DNA of 64,000 nucleotides, taken from positions 52,638,001-52,702,000 of the forward strand of contig CM060733.1 of the NCBI GenBank assembly GCA_030704615.1, written 5' to 3'. Numbering within the stretch: the stretch's first letter is position 1; the number at the start of each line of letters is the position of its first letter. Made by a program: the position numbers and the translations under genes. The notes under the pieces were generated by a model. It did not search any database, was not told the origin of the DNA, and was given only the letters and a program-made list of their open reading frames with translations. This document shows positions 12,640-25,745 of this stretch, piece by piece. This DNA comes from Takakia lepidozioides (Eukaryota > Plantae > Bryophyta).

Positions 12640-13815
12640 TGTAACGGAAAAAAAATGTGAACATTTGCCGTGTGGACTCCAAATTCCCTCCCAAAATTTG
12701 GTTAGACTAGTTTGCAATACCGCCTCCCCTCCCCTCCTCTCTACTTAGGCTGCTTCCCCCTCCTCTTTTTTGTTCCTCATGTTTCAGATCACAAAAGGTA
12801 GATATCGACTCTTAGTCTTCTAGACCTTGGCCTTCTAGACTCTTAGTCTTCTAGATATGTTTAATTACTTCCGACACTCCCACTCAATTAAACCATATCG
12901 TTGAACTGCTTTGTTTGTCTTTGGAGAAGAGACACCAAGTAGAGCTGAACACTTGATATGTTTTTTTTTGTAGTAGACTCTTCGTGAAAACATCCGCAAC
13001 CATATCTCATGTAGCACAATAGATCACATTTATCTCTCTTTTGCATACAACTTCCCGTCTGTAGGGATGTTGCACTTCAATGTGCTTCGTCCTTGAATGA
13101 TACTTCGGATTCTGACTAAGTGCAATTGGATTTTGATTGTCACAAAAGAGAGTTGTAGGTAGTGATTGGAGATGACCCAAATCTCCAAACAACTTCCGTA
13201 ACCAAATAACCTCTTTTGCTGCTTGTGTAATAGACATGTAGTCAGCTCTGTTGATGACAGCGCTGTTGCAACTTGTCGCTTACTAGACCAAGATAGAGCA
13301 CCACCCCAACAACTTCTGCCCAAAAATGATTTGAAAAATTCATTTCTTCAAACATACTCCTTGCTGATTCTTGCAATGATCTAGTAATGATCTATTCATC
13401 TGCTCAACTACACCATTCTGCTCGGGAGTATATGGAACAGTAAGCTGTCGAGTTATTCCATCATCTTTACAAAACTGATTGAAAGCCTTTGAGATGTACT
13501 CACCATCATTGTCAGATCTCAAAATCTTAAGAGGCTTTCCAGTTTATTTTTCTACAAGTACTTTGAACTTCTTGAATTTCTCTAGCACTTGATTTTTTTG
13601 CCTTAGGAAATTCACCACAATCCTCCTTGACAAATCATCAATGAATGTCACAAAGCACCTTGCTCCTCCAAGTGATCTGGTTTGCATTGGCCCGCACACA
13701 TCAGAATGTACAATCTCCAATATATTTGTGGCTCTTCGTCCACCATCCTTAAGAAAATGACCTCGATGTTGCGTCCCTTCCAAGCAACCTTTGCAAAGAT
13801 CCATATCGTTCATGA
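12640..13815 (-). mobile_element. Ty1/Copia remnant: 3' LTR ~12640-12876, PPT, RNase H and integrase, RT deleted
   Basis: RNase H (WSSKRQ..VALSSTE, CDNQ..IAL..NPKYHSRTKHI) and integrase ([27 protein letters not shown]). PPT ttgagtgggag is followed by TG at 12876 on the minus strand. Confidence 0.85.
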
Positions 13816-15060
13816 ACCTCCTCGACTTAAGCACTGCCTCCACCTCGTACTCAGGTTCATTTTCATGATCCAATAGTATAGGTGGCGGACGCAACACTTG
13901 ATGCCGATTCAGACGCGCTTCATCTTTAAAGTAAGGCTTCAAAAGAGAGACGTGGAATACCGGATGCACCTTGCTATTTTTCGGCAGCTCCAATTCGTAC
14001 ACATCCTCATTTATAACCTTCCGGATGCGAAAGGGCCCCGCATACGGAGGTACGAACTTCGGACTCACTTCCGGAGGTAGTAAAAAATTCTTGATATTCA
14101 ACCAGACATCTGTGCCTGCCTCAAACTTAACTTCCCTCCGCTTCCGATTCGTCTGCCATTCATACCATTTCCTAGTTTTGGCAATGTTGTACTTTTCGAG
14201 CTCCAACAAACGCTCGCGTTCTTCCAGCACCGCTGCTGCTGCCGGTTCCTCAACGTCCTGGGCGGCCCAACTTGTCGGCACCAGAGGTGCTTTTCCATAA
14301 ATCAATACAAAAGGGGAAACTCCCGTTGCGGAGTGTTTTGTGTTATTATAAGAGAACTCTGCCGCATCCAAATGCTCCACCCAGTCTGATTGGTCTGCCG
14401 ACACATAATTCCGCAAGATCTGCTTCACCACGGAATTCACTCTTTCCGTTTGGCCGTCCGTCGTAGATCGTAAGGCGGTGCTCATCTTGAGTCTCGTCCT
14501 CATTTTCTTCCAAAGTCCCCTCCAAAATTTATTTGTAAACTTTGGATCGCGGTCCGAGACAATATCCTTTGGAAGTCCATGATGCTTAAAAACGTGGGCG
14601 AATTAAAGTCGTCCGGTCTCCTGCGCCATTGCCGTCTCCTTGGTGGGAATGAAATGGTCTATTTTACTGAACTTATCTACCACCACCATGATTGCATCGA
14701 ATCCTTTTGACAGCGGCATAGCAGTCATGAAATCTAACGAGACACTTTTTCACGACCCCTCTAGAATCGGCAAGGGTTGTAATAGCCCCGCTTGTTTTTT
14801 GTACTCGCTCCGGTTTTGTTGGCATGTGGTGCATGTCTTGACATACTCCTCGGCCTCCTCCCTCAGTTTGGGCCAGAAATACTATTTCTTCAAGAGTGTC
14901 GCGGTGCGTTTGGCTCTGCCGTGGCCCGCAAGCGGGCCATTGTGGCATTCTCTCAAGAGACTATCTTTGATCCCTCCCTTTAGTACGTAGAGACGCTTTT
15001 GCTTGTACCGGAGCAGTCTATTGTGCAAGTAGAACTGCGATTTAACCCCCGACCTCAAAT

Positions 15061-15746
15061 TGTTCACACCCGTCCAATGAGACGAAGACTTGACGAGGCA
15101 CCTGGTGGAGAAGAGGATTCATGGCGGGCTGACAAGAATATTCGCACGCTCCCTCGTGGTCCCGTGATGTTGCCCGAGGAGGTCTCGTCGAGCACCGCAA
15201 GTCCTGCATGTTCAAGATCGCCATTTCCTTTGAGCACAGGGCACGTGCCCGAGGAACATAACGAGCCATCTGTAGTAACGTAGTACAACATACTCATTGT
15301 GGAGACAAGAGTGTCGAAGCCTATCACAGCCGTAGGATTGAAACAGATCATAGATGAGGTTGTATGCAGACTAGAGACTCTCGACAGCCACCTTGCGGCA
15401 AGCACTCAACGCAGGTGCTGACCGTAGAATCCTCAGCCCTCTCTAGCTCTTGGACCTCCTCCTTCCATAATAAACACAAACATCAAATTGCTCGTTTATA
15501 AGTTGTTGCAATGCCAAAATGGTTGTAATCACGCGCTCGAAGACCATGAAGAGGACCAAGGCCACAAGAATATTATGCCTGCTTGCTTCCATAGTTTAGG
15601 GATACACTATTTGATGGGAGATAACGTGAAGAGTAAAAGATAGAGAATGGAAGAAGGGGGAGAGTGGGCCTTAGGCTTGCGCCCAATAGGTTTGCACAAA
15701 GAGGGCCCAATTCCTTGAAAATTGTATTTTAATCGGTTCATTAACA
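15061..15746. mobile_element. Solo-LTR-like insertion inside Gypsy pol
   Basis: Non-pol sequence between RNase H and integrase, with TGTT...AACA ends; no TSD seen. Confidence 0.45.
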
Positions 15747-18700
15747 GTGGAGAATTGCAGCCTTCGTCATCTCATCCTTGTCCCGTCCCGGTTTGTACTA
15801 GATATTCACGTCGAACACTGCTAAAGTGTCTTGCCATCTAAGTTGTTTTGGGGACAACTTAGGCTGTGTGGCAAAATACTTCACCGTGACATTGTCTGTG
15901 AATACCTTCACCGGGTTGGAACCATCATAGTGGCGTCAAAGCTCTAGGCAATGCACCACCGCCTTCATTTCTTTCTCGTGCGTAGGCCACCGTCGCTCCA
16001 CTTCATTCAGTTTCTTACTTTTGTAAACCACTGGACGTCCATCCTGCATGAGCACACCCCGATTGCGAAGTCCGACGCATCTGTATGAATTTCAAATGAA
16101 CGGTCGAACTCCGGGATTTTCAAGACTGGAGCTTCCGCCATCCGTTGCTTCAACTCGGCAAAAGCTTGGCCACAAAAGGTGTTCCATATCCATACCTAGG
16201 ATTTATACAGAAGGTCTGACAGTGGCCCCGCAATCTTGGCAAAATTTCTCACATATTTTTGGTAATAGGAGGCGAGTCCTAGGAAAGATTGCACTCCCAG
16301 GACCGAAGTCGGAGGCTTCCAGTCCAAGATCGCCCTCACCTTTCTATCATCCATTTTGATCCCATCCTGTGTAATCACATGCCTTAGGAACTCCACTTTT
16401 GTGACCCCGAATTCGCACTTTGAAGCTTTGGCATACAACTTCTCTTCCCGCAATTTCTGGAACACCCTTTTGAGGTGCTCCAGGTGCTCTTCCTTTGTTT
16501 TCGAGTACACCAAGATGTCGTTGATGTACACGATCACAAAGTCATGCAACCACTCCTGAAAGAGGCAGTTCATCAGGGTGCTAAAGGTTGTCGGCGCGTT
16601 GGTGAGCCCAAAAGGCATCACCAAAAATTTGTCTGAGCCATACCTTGTCCTGCATGCTTTCTTTTCCTCATCTCTTTCCGTCACTCGGATTTGATGGCAA
16701 CCTGAGTGCAAATCGATCCGGCTGAAATACCCTACTCCTGCCAACCGATCGAAGAGGTCGTTGATCATTGGCAAAGGGTACCGGTTTTTTATAGTCACCT
16801 TATGCAGGGCCCTGTAATCGACACACATCCGTAGCGTCCCATCCTTCTTATCTGCGAATAGCACCGGACCAACTCTCTATGGCTCAACCAGTAGGGCGCC
16901 TTGGCAGCGGCTCCGATCCCGGTATCATCTCTATCTTGTGGTCAACTCCTCTTCGGGTGGCAAGCCACTTGGTAAATCCTCCGGCATTACATCCTGGTAT
17001 TTCTCTAGGATCCACTTGATCCGATCTGGGCTAGGCTCCCTATTGACTTTTCCTTCCACTTGTCTTATGTAAAGCAAAAACTAGGGTTTGTGTGGCTCCT
17101 CCACTGCCCACTCCTTTGCTGTCAGCAGGTTTATTCGTCCTCCAACTCGGTTGGGCGTTTCCGACACCCGTAAAACTTCGTCACCATTCATACACGGTAG
17201 CGTGACTATTCTCTTGCGGCCATCTATGACCGCTCCGGATTTGCTCAAAAAGGTCATCCCCAAAATGAGATCCACTCATTGATCTCGCAAATGGTGAAGT
17301 TTTCGCGTCCCTCCCAACTCCCAAGCTGAAGAAGAACATCGAACGCCAACCTCGTCGTCAGTTGTGGTTCTCTTTTGGTTGAACGCACTTCAATAGAGGC
17401 CCCCATATCACTTGTCGGGAGCCCTAGCTTCCGTGCCATTGCCGGTGTCATGAAGGAGTGCAACGCTCCTGTGTCCACCAACAACGACACGTTAGTTCCG
17501 AAAATTATCCCACTCACCAACATTAACTGACTCCCTTTACGCAAGGGGCCAGTCTCCTGATACAACTCACAAGAGTAGTTTCCTACCTTGCAAGTCTTGG
17601 CGACTACCGCCTCCACCAAGCGGTTGATGGAATCTTCGGACAGCTCCGTGGTCGCCCGAGTCATGTTCAATTGTCGGGGTTTCGCGTACTTCTTAGTCAT
17701 GTGCCCGCGCTCCCCGCAATTAAAGAAGGTCGTCGCACCTGATTTTTCTTTCGGGCACCGTGCCGCTTTGACGTGTAAAGGCCCTCCCTTCGATTTCCAT
17801 GTGCCATTGTCGCCGCGTGGCCTATCCCACTTCTTTTCTGGTCAGAAGGAGTCACCCTCCCACCGAGCCTTCTTGTGGTTCAGCTCCGTACGGCCTTGTC
17901 TTTCGCCCCTATGGACATCCGAGAAACATTCAGCCCTTTCAATTGTCTTGTTTAAAGTCTTAGGTGGCTTCTCCTCCAACTTCCGCCTGGTCCATGGACA
18001 AGTCCCGCCACAAAGTTGAAGACCATTTCTGGTTCCGCTATATTCACGACTTCAAGCAACAGCACATTGAAAGCCTGAACATATCTCCGAATGTCATCCG
18101 TTTGCTTCAAATTCCTCATCTTGTCCCGGACGAGCCAGGACGCGTTGAAGGGCACAAACTGTCTTTTCATAAGTTCCTTGAACCCACTTCAGCTCAAGGT
18201 TTCTGGGTTTGGACCTTGGTCATGAAGGCGTTTCTGCCACCATTGTTGAGCATAGCCCCTCAAATAGGTGGAAGCCACTTCCACCCGATCCTCGACACTC
18301 AACTTGGCCGCCCGGAAGTACTGCTCCAACTCCAAGAGCCAGGTGTTGAGTGCCTTCCGATTTCGGACGCCCTCAAAGGTGTTGGGTCTTTAAGCTTCAC
18401 CTTAAACTTAGCCTTGGTGGAAGTGGCATTAGCCGCCCTCATCACATCTTTCAACGTCCCGCCAAACTGCACCAACAACCTTTCCCAAAAGGCTGCTGGC
18501 ATGGGAGGCATCTGTTGGTCTGATGGAACCTCTGGGAAGTCCTCCGACTCCGACTCCCCAAATTCCTCCTGTTCTTTAGCGGCCTCGCTTTCAGAAGCAT
18601 AAATTGTCTCTTCCATTTGCCGTTTCGGTGACACGTCGCCCCCACCAAGCTCACTGGGATTAGCGTCTTTCAGACCGTTCCGCTTTTGCTTTGTCTTGCC

Positions 18701-19357
18701 CGACCCCATGGTGAGGCCAATCTCAAGGACGATCACGTACTGAACTCTAAGTTCTGATACCAAGAGTTGCGCACCTCACTTCGGTAAGCTCCCCTTCAAG
18801 TCATAGTTACTCGCTTTGATACGCGCACCTAACTCCCAAACTAGCCGTCAGGCCAACTAAGAGCTTCCGCTGCTCACCGGGACATAACGGTCCCCCTTTG
18901 CTCCTCCACAAGACCCTCGCTCATTTTGGGCCCAGTGGAAATTCCCTTTGGTTGTTGGCAGTCCGGAACAACTCCCCACACCTTGGTCATTTTCCGGCTC
19001 GCACGCTTACTCACTAGTTTTTGGTCACCAACGGGCTTGCACCATTCTCGGGGTTACTACTCCCTATATATACTTCTGTGACTGTCCGCGGGGGTTTTAT
19101 AAACAACACCGTCCTTTTATGGCGAACTACCACGAAGACCCTTGACTCCCGGTAATGAGTCGCGGTGAGTCTTGGCCCACCCACCACGGCCCCAATGGAC
19201 CGTGATGAGTCCCAAGACTCCCCACGACTCCCACCACAAGGTCTTCGCCCCATGGTGAGTCATAGGTCACCCCCACTAAGACCCACTAAGCTACCACCCC
19301 CCCTCGTGGAACCACCCCCACCGCAACCCGATGTGCGGGGCTCTACCTAGTAAGTGT

Positions 19358-20563
19358 CACTACAGTAAATGGGGGGATTTTGCGACGCCAGCCGCACCCC
19401 TACGCCCCGCGCGGCGCTAAGCCTACGACGTTTTCCCCCGTTGCGACACCATTACGACGCCCAGCTGTCGTAAGGTAGCATGAAGGGGGAAAGAGGGCCC
19501 TCCCTGCGACGGATTTTTTTTTCTTACGACGCCCCGACGTCGGAAATAAATAAAATAAAATAAAATAAAAATAAAAACGTTGCGATGCCTCGGTGTCGCA
19601 AAAGCGTCACTAAGGGCGCCCCAACGCCTCTGCGACGCCAGGGCGTCGCAACACCACCACAGTGGGATTTTATTTTTTTATTTTTTTTTAGGGCTTTGCG
19701 GCCCTCAACTTCATAAAAGCATCGCTGGGGGCGCCCCGCACTGGGACGCCCAACGTTGCGCCATCAGGGGGTTGCATCGGCGTCGCCACAGGGGGTCGCA
19801 ATGGTGTTGTGGTCAGCTTAGGTCCACACAATGACGTCGCTTGGGGCGCCTGGCGGTGGGGGGGTACAACAATGGTGAAGATGCTGGGGTTGGGGCTGGG
19901 GCTGGGGCTGGGCACTAAGGCTGTGGAGGTTGCAACTCCCCAGCGTCACAAGAGAGACCCCCTTAGAAGGAACTTGAAGGAACTTGAAGGAAATCTATAT
20001 ATGAATATATATATCTAGATTGTTTTTGTCATACATAGATGTAGCGTAGTGTGTTGGTTAGTTTGTAGTGTCTTAGAAATGTTATAACGTGGAGGTCTTA
20101 GGTTCAAGTATGCATTGCATGATATGTGTAGAACAATGAACATATCGTCATTAGAGAGAACCGGAGTCAATGGTCAACGTTGGAGTCAATGGTCAACAAG
20201 TTTTTGAAATTCAAATTTCAAAGTCAAATTTTCCCGCCTAAATTCAAATGTACCCCCTTAAATTGTGACGTCCGGGCGTCGCACTTTGCGACCCCCGGAC
20301 GGTGCTAATTCTGCATTGCAAAGTAGGTTTTTTTTTTTTTTTTTTCCGACGCCCGGACGTCGCAAATCGCGTCGGCGTCGCAAATCACAGTTTCGCATAT
20401 TTGCGACCCCCATTGATCGCAAATTTGCGACGTTTTTTTGGCGACAGGCTTGCGACACCCGGGCGTCGCAAATTTGGTTTTTTTTTCTCGCCTGAAAAGG
20501 GATGTTTTACGACACTGCGGCGTGGCTGCGGCGTCGAAACCCCCCCTCCCTTTTCCTGTAGTG
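19358..20563. mobile_element. Non-autonomous CACTA (En/Spm) element
   Basis: Termini CACTACAGTAAATGGGGG and (reverse complement) CACTACAGGAAAAGGGAG. Many subterminal gcgacgcc/gtcgca repeats. Flanks tgt/tgc are a near-match 3-bp TSD. Confidence 0.88.
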
Positions 20564-20707
20564 TGCCTCTGCCTCCTTGAGTGCCTTGGGCACCCAAGGC
20601 ACTCAAGGGTGCTTCAGCCCCCATACCTATTGTTGCAACTGCCCCCACCACAGGGGCAGCCCCTCTTATGTCCCGACCCCCTGCCCTCAAGGCCAAAGGC
20701 CGCGACA

Positions 20708-22150
20708 AATCGTGTGGATCCCGCTTATGGAGAGACATATGGGAGATTTGGGGTTCTATCCATCCTCATTTGGTCAAAGATAATCCTAACTCTTATGAGG
20801 AAACCTTGCGCCAGTACCTTACCCTTAACTCGAACAACCCATCATCTGCTGACAGAGCATCTACTGCAAAATACTCGGTCTGGGATAAACTGAATATAAG
20901 TCAGATCAAGGACATCTGGGGAGGCCTGGCTTTCCTGCCAATGGACCAAATCGGGGCCATAGTAGGAACTCAAAGAGGGTCATCAGGTTTCCAGCACATA
21001 CTTCAAAATATTCCAGTCAACTGGGTTCAATCCCTCTCGGCTGGTTCTAATCAGGCCAGCTCCGGCAGCTGGGTCACCTGCTCTACATCTCTTCATCAAG
21101 TTATCTACATCACGGAAGCCAGGCCAAACCTCTTCAGAGGCATAGTTCTAAACAAAATTGAGCTATCAAACTTTCTTACAATGGAGTCAGAGAATCCTGT
21201 GACCATCTCTGATGGCAATTCACTCATGTTCGGATCTGTCATTGGTCTTCTCCCAACGAAGACATGAACCCTAGTGCTCCAAAAAATCAACCATTAACTA
21301 CCTGGCTCTCATCTCAATTATTTCTTTGGGTGGAAGGGGTGCCACTGATGGGCGTAATGGTGGACCCAAAAAAATGATCATGGAACTTCGGAACCACCTG
21401 CCCTTCGTTCTTCAATTACTCGGCCAGGGCTGCATACCGTTTGTTACTTTAACCTAAGCAATTTCATGACAAATAGGCCTCTAAATGGGCTGGCTACAGC
21501 CTGGATCATGCCAGATGGAACCTAATTTGGGCCAATATTTGGATTAAGACAAGGCCGGCCAAAGTGGCAGCCTTCTTATGGCAAGTAGCCAACAGGGTAC
21601 TCAAAGTGGGTGCCTAGTTGGCCTTCTCGAGGCATTGATATGCAAATGCTGTAGCATGGGGTTAACAGAAACTCTGGAACACTATCTTCTCCGCTGCAGT
21701 ATCCCATCGAAAACATGGCCACGCCTTTCCTCTATCATACAGATTTGGGAACCTGGAACCCTATCCACAACCCACAAACTTCTTTACTACGATGGCATTC
21801 TTCATAGCATTCACAGTCATTGTCCAGTTTTTGAAGCATTCAGATCCATTTCTTATGGAACATCTGGAATTTTAGATGTTCTTGGACTCTAAGCAGGGAA
21901 AAATCATGTTTATCTGTTGTTTTGTTTACAATCTTCAATGAAGTGCAAATTGAGGGTAGGAAGGCATGGGCAAAAATGATTGCAGACATCTATAGGGATC
22001 CAGAGACTGAATATCAGCTCTTCAGCAAATTCAAATGCTCATGGGGGAAGGACGACATCTTATGCAGCTGCTCTACGTGTCAAGCATCATCTGGGCCAAG
22101 AGCCCACCAGTCTCCTGGCAGGGGGCAATTGTTACGCTTCCATGACTCAC
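20708..22150 (+). mobile_element. L1-type LINE, 3' ORF2 remnant (zf-RVT region)
   Basis: GSRLWRDI, W..IW...RPAKVAAFLWQVANRVL, CKCC...ETLEHYLLRC; contains stops and frameshifts. Confidence 0.75.
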
Positions 22151-22631
22151 CGGAGTTTGATAGGAAAATCAACTGGAAACACCTCAAGGGCAAAAACTCG
22201 ACTTGGCTTAGCTTCGAAAAGTAGGTAGCTGCTATAACTATTATTGTTTCGTCCTTCTCTGCTCTGTCGCCTCGCACGATTCTGGTGGCCTCCTCTCTGG
22301 TTCTGTCTTTTCTCCCTGCCTCCTATGTTATCATCCAAATCTCTTTTCTCGCTGCTTTTTGAGGTTCCTTGCCTATCCTAGCAGCCCTACTATGCTTTTC
22401 GCTCGGTTCCTGATTGATCCTCTCTTGATCGCCATGGTAGGTCTTAGTCTGAGCTTGCTAGCTTCGATTCTAATCCTAGCCCTCACTCAGGAGTTCGCAT
22501 CTTGCGAGCTTCTGCTATTGCTTGTGACTTTTCCTCGTATACCACTCAATCGTAGGATTTATCATTCATCCTCTCGGATGGTTCTCTCTCCGTTAAAAGA
22601 ACTCTGGGTTCGTCCCTCAAGGTCAGGTTAA

Positions 22632-23156
22632 CAGCGTCTTGAATGCATGGCGGGGCCCACAGATGGTGCAGCCCGCCAAAAGGAGAGGGTCAGCCCCAAC
22701 CCACCCTCCCCATAGGTCTGGAGGGATGGTCTACAGTAGGGAGAGTCTCCTCATGCCCCATCGGCAGACTTGTAGACCCGCAGACCCACGGGAGGGGCTC
22801 TCCGCAGGTACATACGTTGTTCCAAGGTTGAAATATGGAATAAAGCAATAAAAGTTTGAAGGCTGAAAAGAAAGCGGCAAGTATCCTAGTAGTTAGGTGC
22901 AATCCTGCAAGCGCGGCTGTCATGGGTTCAAATTTCTCATGCCAGTGTAATATGTCGAAACGAAGTTTAATCCATCCTTTTTGGACTTGGAAAGACTCAT
23001 AAAGTCTCCAAAAATTTCTAAGTAGCAGACCCTCTCTAGGTCTGTCGTCATAAGTAGCGGCAGACCCTAGGGTGTGGACCCGGCTATGGTTGGGGTGACC
23101 CTTTGTTTGGATGTGGCAGGGCCCACACGCCACACGCTTCTGCATTCAAGATGTTA
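22632..23156. mobile_element. ~525-bp MITE flanked by TTAA
   Basis: TIRs CAGCGTCTTGAATGCA and (reverse complement) TAACATCTTGAATGCA, further subterminal inverted matches (gggtca-ccccaacc), and TTAA on both sides. Confidence 0.7.
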
Positions 23157-24849
23157 TTAATAAAAAAATGAGAGGCTGTTTTTTTCCCGTTTATAATAAA
23201 AGACTGGGGCTTCATCCCTTTCCAAAAAATAAATAATTTTTTTTAGATGTACTTTAGATAACAAAGTACATCCTCTGCAAGCAAGTTAATATTTGGAATT
23301 TGAGGCGTGTCATCAGAATTATGGGGTTGAGTGGAGCTAACTTGGGAAATGTGAATGATTTGACGAGTCACCTCCACTAAATTCAATAAATTTTGATGAC
23401 ATTCCTCAAACTCCATACGTTAATATGCTTTCTATGGATGTGGTTTTGTCATCCAATTTCCCTCCCCAATATTTTAAATAATTTTAAAATATTTCATTTC
23501 CATTTTCCATTTTCCAGATAATTTTTCATTTTCCTCAGAATTACTTTCAATAAGTTTTATAACATTATAGTAACTCGAACAACACTAGTATGACCTGTGC
23601 AGTTGGGCACTATTATCCAAATTAGGGTTTCTATCGAATTTCCCAAACAGTAACCTTTTTGAAAAATCCAAACCGTTGATCTTGTAGATCATAATTTTCT
23701 GCCTAAAAAAGAGTGCTCATTTGTTGAAATCGGACAAAATTTGACCGAGAGAATGAAGGTCGAAGTGTCAAAAGTGCAATTCCAGCACATTTTCAGCTAT
23801 TCCTTTTTTTGGATCGGATACTTTGAGATTCGATAAATTTCCCCCGTAGCTCGGAATCATGCGAGACCAAGCCCGTGCACACCTCTTCTCCAAGAGCTAT
23901 CGGACGATACCAAGTATACCCCAAGGCGACTCAGGGTATGGGTGATTTCAACATTGTCACTAAACAAACAAAACAAATGCATGCAATTCATGCAAGCCCT
24001 GCCCTCTAGTAATTATGAATAGATAGTAAAAATCCGGAAGATCACACAGTGTTTATTAATAAATATCGCGGTAACATGATTTGAGCCCTGAATCACCCGG
24101 ATGGCACGCAAGGTAATATCCTCAGTTATGGCATGCACAAGAAGTTCAACTCCAGACCTACAGACGATGAAACTGTTCATCCACGGCATGTCATTCATTA
24201 CAAATATAAACAGAATGTTTTGGTGGCAACTTTCTCGATGGAATTGGAAGAGTAAATCGAAGAAAAAAGAAAAGAAAGAAAAGCAGCAATGCGTCAAAAG
24301 CGGCTGAACACTTTGCGTAGTCCTGCCTTGAGAAGGCAGAGCCAACAAACAAATGCACACCAAAATTAATACTATAGAATACTAGAGAATAGAACACTTC
24401 ATCATTGCCTTGGAATGTGGAAAATCAAATACAAATTATAGTGATTGCAAGGATGTATGGCAAAACTTTGAAATCATACACATTCCCATTTTAGATATTT
24501 TACACCGCATTGTGTTTTAAGCACACCTCATTTCTACCAATGTATTGGATTCATACAACCATGGAATGTCAAACACATCCACAAAGTTTACTAGGAGGTG
24601 TCTAGTGTCTACACCCTTTAGGATATTTAGGTTGCCTCTTTGAATAGGTTGCCTCATCTACAAATATTTATATTTATCTACTAAGGCCATACATTTGGAT
24701 ATCTGAAGTCTCATATATTTATATAATGTGACATGTCGAGAAATAAGTACGGGGAAAAAAATATTCTGAAGGGTATACCAAGAGTCTGGGGGAGCCCAAT
24801 GATACTGCACTGCATATACAGCAAACATGACAAATTATTCCTCAAGTTA

Positions 24850-25275
24850 CAGAGTACTCAAAGCTGACAAAATGCCACTTGAAGAGAGAGTATGCATGAC
24901 CAATGCACATAGAAGCCTCTTGAAGCTAAACACTGGAAGACCAGCATCACTGTAGATGTTGCATCTTTTATCTCACAAAATCTCCAAGAGGTCACTAACA
25001 CTATTTATCATACCTGCCTATAACTACTCTCGTACGCCTGCGTTGCTCATCTTATATTCTGGCCTCCACATTAACTTGCTCTACATCTCTTTAGCCTGGT
25101 CCACTGTAAAGTTAGTATATTGAGTAGTTCTACTCTGTTTTCATACAGATCATATAAAGATATCAATTTTCAACTCCCTTCTCTGTGGACATTGGTGGAA
25201 CCAAAGATAAGCTGATAAGACCCACATCATTTGCTGCTTCCACAGGGTCATCAACAAAGCTTGAATCTGTTCCTT
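24850..25275 (-). pseudogene. Possible decayed host-gene fragment, unidentified
   Basis: Protein-like segments GTDSSFVDDPVEAANDVGLISLSLVPPMS, GPG*RDVEQVNVEARI*DEQRRRTRVVIGR and DLLEIL*DKRCNIYSDAGLPVFSFKRLLCALVMHTLSS, with splice-like boundaries and C>T-type stops. Confidence 0.35.
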
Positions 25276-25458
25276 AATCAATAATCAAAAGATCAAACTG
25301 TTGCACGCAATGCTACTTGCAGTTTTTACACAAACTTAAGAAAACATAAACACTGATGCAACAAAGGGTCGGACACAACATAACTACTATTATCAAGGGT
25401 CCAAGAAAACTTAACTACCATCGTCAATGGTCCAAAGCATCATAAACTGCTATTGTTC

Positions 25459-25614
25459 AGGGTCCAAGGCACCAGAACTCACAGTTTTCAGGGTCCAAGG
25501 CACCAAAACTCACAGTTTTCAGGGTCCAAGGTACAAAACTCACATATTCCAGGGTCCAAGGCATCAAAATTCACAGTTCCCAGGGTCCAAGGTAGCAAAA
25601 CTCACAGTTTCAAG
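25459..25614. repeat. ~31-bp minisatellite, 5 copies
   Basis: cagggtccaaggcaccaaaactcacagtttt repeated, with degenerate copies back to ~25395. Confidence 0.9.
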
Positions 25615-25635
25615 GAAAGAAAACACGAAAAATCT

Positions 25636-25716
25636 TGTCAACAGTGGGATTTGAACCCACGCCCTTTCAGAGCAGTACCTGAAACTGGCGCCTTGAACCA
25701 ACTCGGCCATATTGAC
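25636..25716 (-). tRNA. trnL-CAG: tRNA-Leu(CAG), slightly diverged (possibly a pseudogene)
   Basis: GTCAATATGGCCGAGTTGGTTCAAGGCGCCAGTTTCAGGTACTGCTCTGAAAGGGCGTGGGTTCAAATCCCACTGTTGACA folds as a cloverleaf with CAG anticodon and long variable arm. T5 terminator lies just downstream; one anticodon-stem mismatch. Confidence 0.85.
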
Positions 25717-25719
25717 AAT

Positions 25720-25745
25720 TGGAGACGCTGGGTATCGATCCCGGT
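25720..25745 (-). pseudogene. tRNA-Ala 3' fragment (T arm plus acceptor strand)
   Basis: ACCGGGATCGATACCCAGCGTCTCCA closely resembles the 3' end of plant tRNA-Ala(AGC) (GGGATCGATACCCCGCATCTCCA). Confidence 0.6.

Larger units (their letters stand above)
13816..20707 (-). mobile_element. Ty3/Gypsy chromovirus-like element, degenerate, 3' LTR missing; 5' LTR ~18768-20707 interrupted by a CACTA element
   Basis: PBS tggtatcaga (tRNA-iMet) at 18753-18762. Gag with zinc knuckle, protease (LLVDTGA), RT (KKDGTLRMCVDYRAL, MPFGLTNAP, YINDIL), RNase H, integrase (TDGQTERVN, GPF, HPVFHVSLLK) and the start of a chromodomain (EYEVEAVL). Many frameshifts. Confidence 0.9.

Noticed and set aside
20040-20120. 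tRNA-like A/B boxes inside the CACTA element
   Set aside because: No cloverleaf can be formed; too degenerate.
23190-24005. Possible DNA transposon
   Set aside because: The interior looks repeat-like, but I found no convincing TIR/TSD pair.
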